Shown: piece after piece, positions 63,357-64,000 of the stretch
Layout of the letters: each line of letters opens with the position of its first letter
Position numbering within the stretch: the first letter of the stretch is position 1
Assembly (NCBI GenBank): GCA_963667465.2
Contig: CAXXDN010000001.1
Span: 864,001 to 928,000 of the forward strand
Reading direction: 5' to 3'
Source: Dehalococcoidia bacterium
GTDB taxonomy: Bacteria; Chloroflexota; Dehalococcoidia; UBA2979
Length of the DNA stretch: 64,000 bases
Made by a program: the position numbers and the translations under genes
The notes under the pieces: generated by a model
Told to the model about the DNA's origin: nothing
What the model saw: the letters and a program-made list of their open reading frames with translations, nothing else
The model's database searches: none

Positions 63357-64000
63357 GTGAGCGGCGAGGCCAGGCGCTACACCAGATCGGCGGAGCTGAC
63401 AGAGCGCGCCGCCCGCCTGATCTCGGGCGGAACCAGCCGCGCCGGCGCGCGCGCGCCGGCGGCGGAAGGCGGGTGGGAGCACTCCCTCTTCGCCGCGAGC
63501 GGCAGCGGGGCGCGCCTGACCGACGTCGACGGCAACGAGGTGATCGACTTCAACAACCACTCGACCGCCCTCGTCCACGGACACGCGCACCCGCGCATCG
63601 TCGAGGCGATCACGAAGCAGGCGGCGCGCGGTACGGGCTCGAACTTCTCCAACGAGCACGAGCAGCGCCTGGCCGAGCTGATCTGCGATCGCGTGGCGGC
63701 GTTCGACCGCATCCGCTTCTGCGTGACCGGCACCGAGGCGGTGCTGATGGCCGTGCGCGCCGCGCGCGCACTCACCGGCCGCGTGAAGATCGCGAAGTTC
63801 GAGGGCGCCTACCATGGCCGTTCCGACTTCGTCGATATCTCGGTTGAGCCGGGTCCCGAGGACTGGGGGGAAGGCGACCCCAGCCCCGTCGCCCAGATCG
63901 GCACGTCGCGCAGCGTGACCGATGCGGTGGTCGTGCTTCCCTACAACGAGACGGAGCGCGCACGCGCGATCCTCGAGCGCCACGCCGGTGAGCTTGCCTG
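63357..64000 (+). CDS. Class III aminotransferase (glutamate-1-semialdehyde aminomutase-like), partial
   Basis: Not in the ORF track because it has no stop in the window. GSGARLTDVDGNEVIDF, HGHAHP, RFCVTGTEAVLMAVRAAR, KFEGAYHG. Confidence 0.88.
   Translation, partial: MSGEARRYTRSAELTERAARLISGGTSRAGARAPAAEGGWEHSLFAASGSGARLTDVDGNEVIDFNNHSTALVHGHAHPRIVEAITKQAARGTGSNFSNEHEQRLAELICDRVAAFDRIRFCVTGTEAVLMAVRAARALTGRVKIAKFEGAYHGRSDFVDISVEPGPEDWGEGDPSPVAQIGTSRSVTDAVVVLPYNETERARAILERHAGELA

Overview
GC-rich bacterial chromosomal window. It is probably from Chloroflexota (Dehalococcoidia-like); this is inferred from the Tat-lipoprotein family-5 solute-binding protein, the F420-type LLM, the expanded family-III CoA transferases and enolases, and the VGNTGG-type SH3 repeats. 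In order, it holds: the 5' end of an IS110 element with a readable bridge-RNA-like leader; crotonyl-CoA carboxylase/reductase; an amtB-glnK-glnD operon under a triple GlnR-box-like array; a mosaic Dam-MTase/PD-(D/E)XK locus; an unexplained ~300-nt structured RNA candidate; a UxxC selenoprotein peroxiredoxin; acyl-CoA enzymes; and gcvT-H-PA-PB. Next comes an uncharacterised cluster (about 29.7-39.0 kb) built on a pair of ferritin-like proteins, one with a complete di-iron site and one with the ligands lost. It also encodes two desulforedoxin-like miniproteins, an FmdB-type Zn ribbon, an SCP2-like protein, three CoA transferases and a double-hotdog dehydratase. This cluster is my best candidate for an undescribed multicomponent oxygenase. 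A sugar-acid/hydroxy-acid catabolic region follows (three enolase-superfamily enzymes, a LarA-family racemase, GalB-like, SlcC-like, ABC transporter). Separately, three integrase-free single-gene insertions (AlbA-ATPase, GIY-YIG, an unknown gene) are each bounded by a direct repeat or a duplicated gene end. All calls were made by eye from motifs; no searches or folding programs were run.
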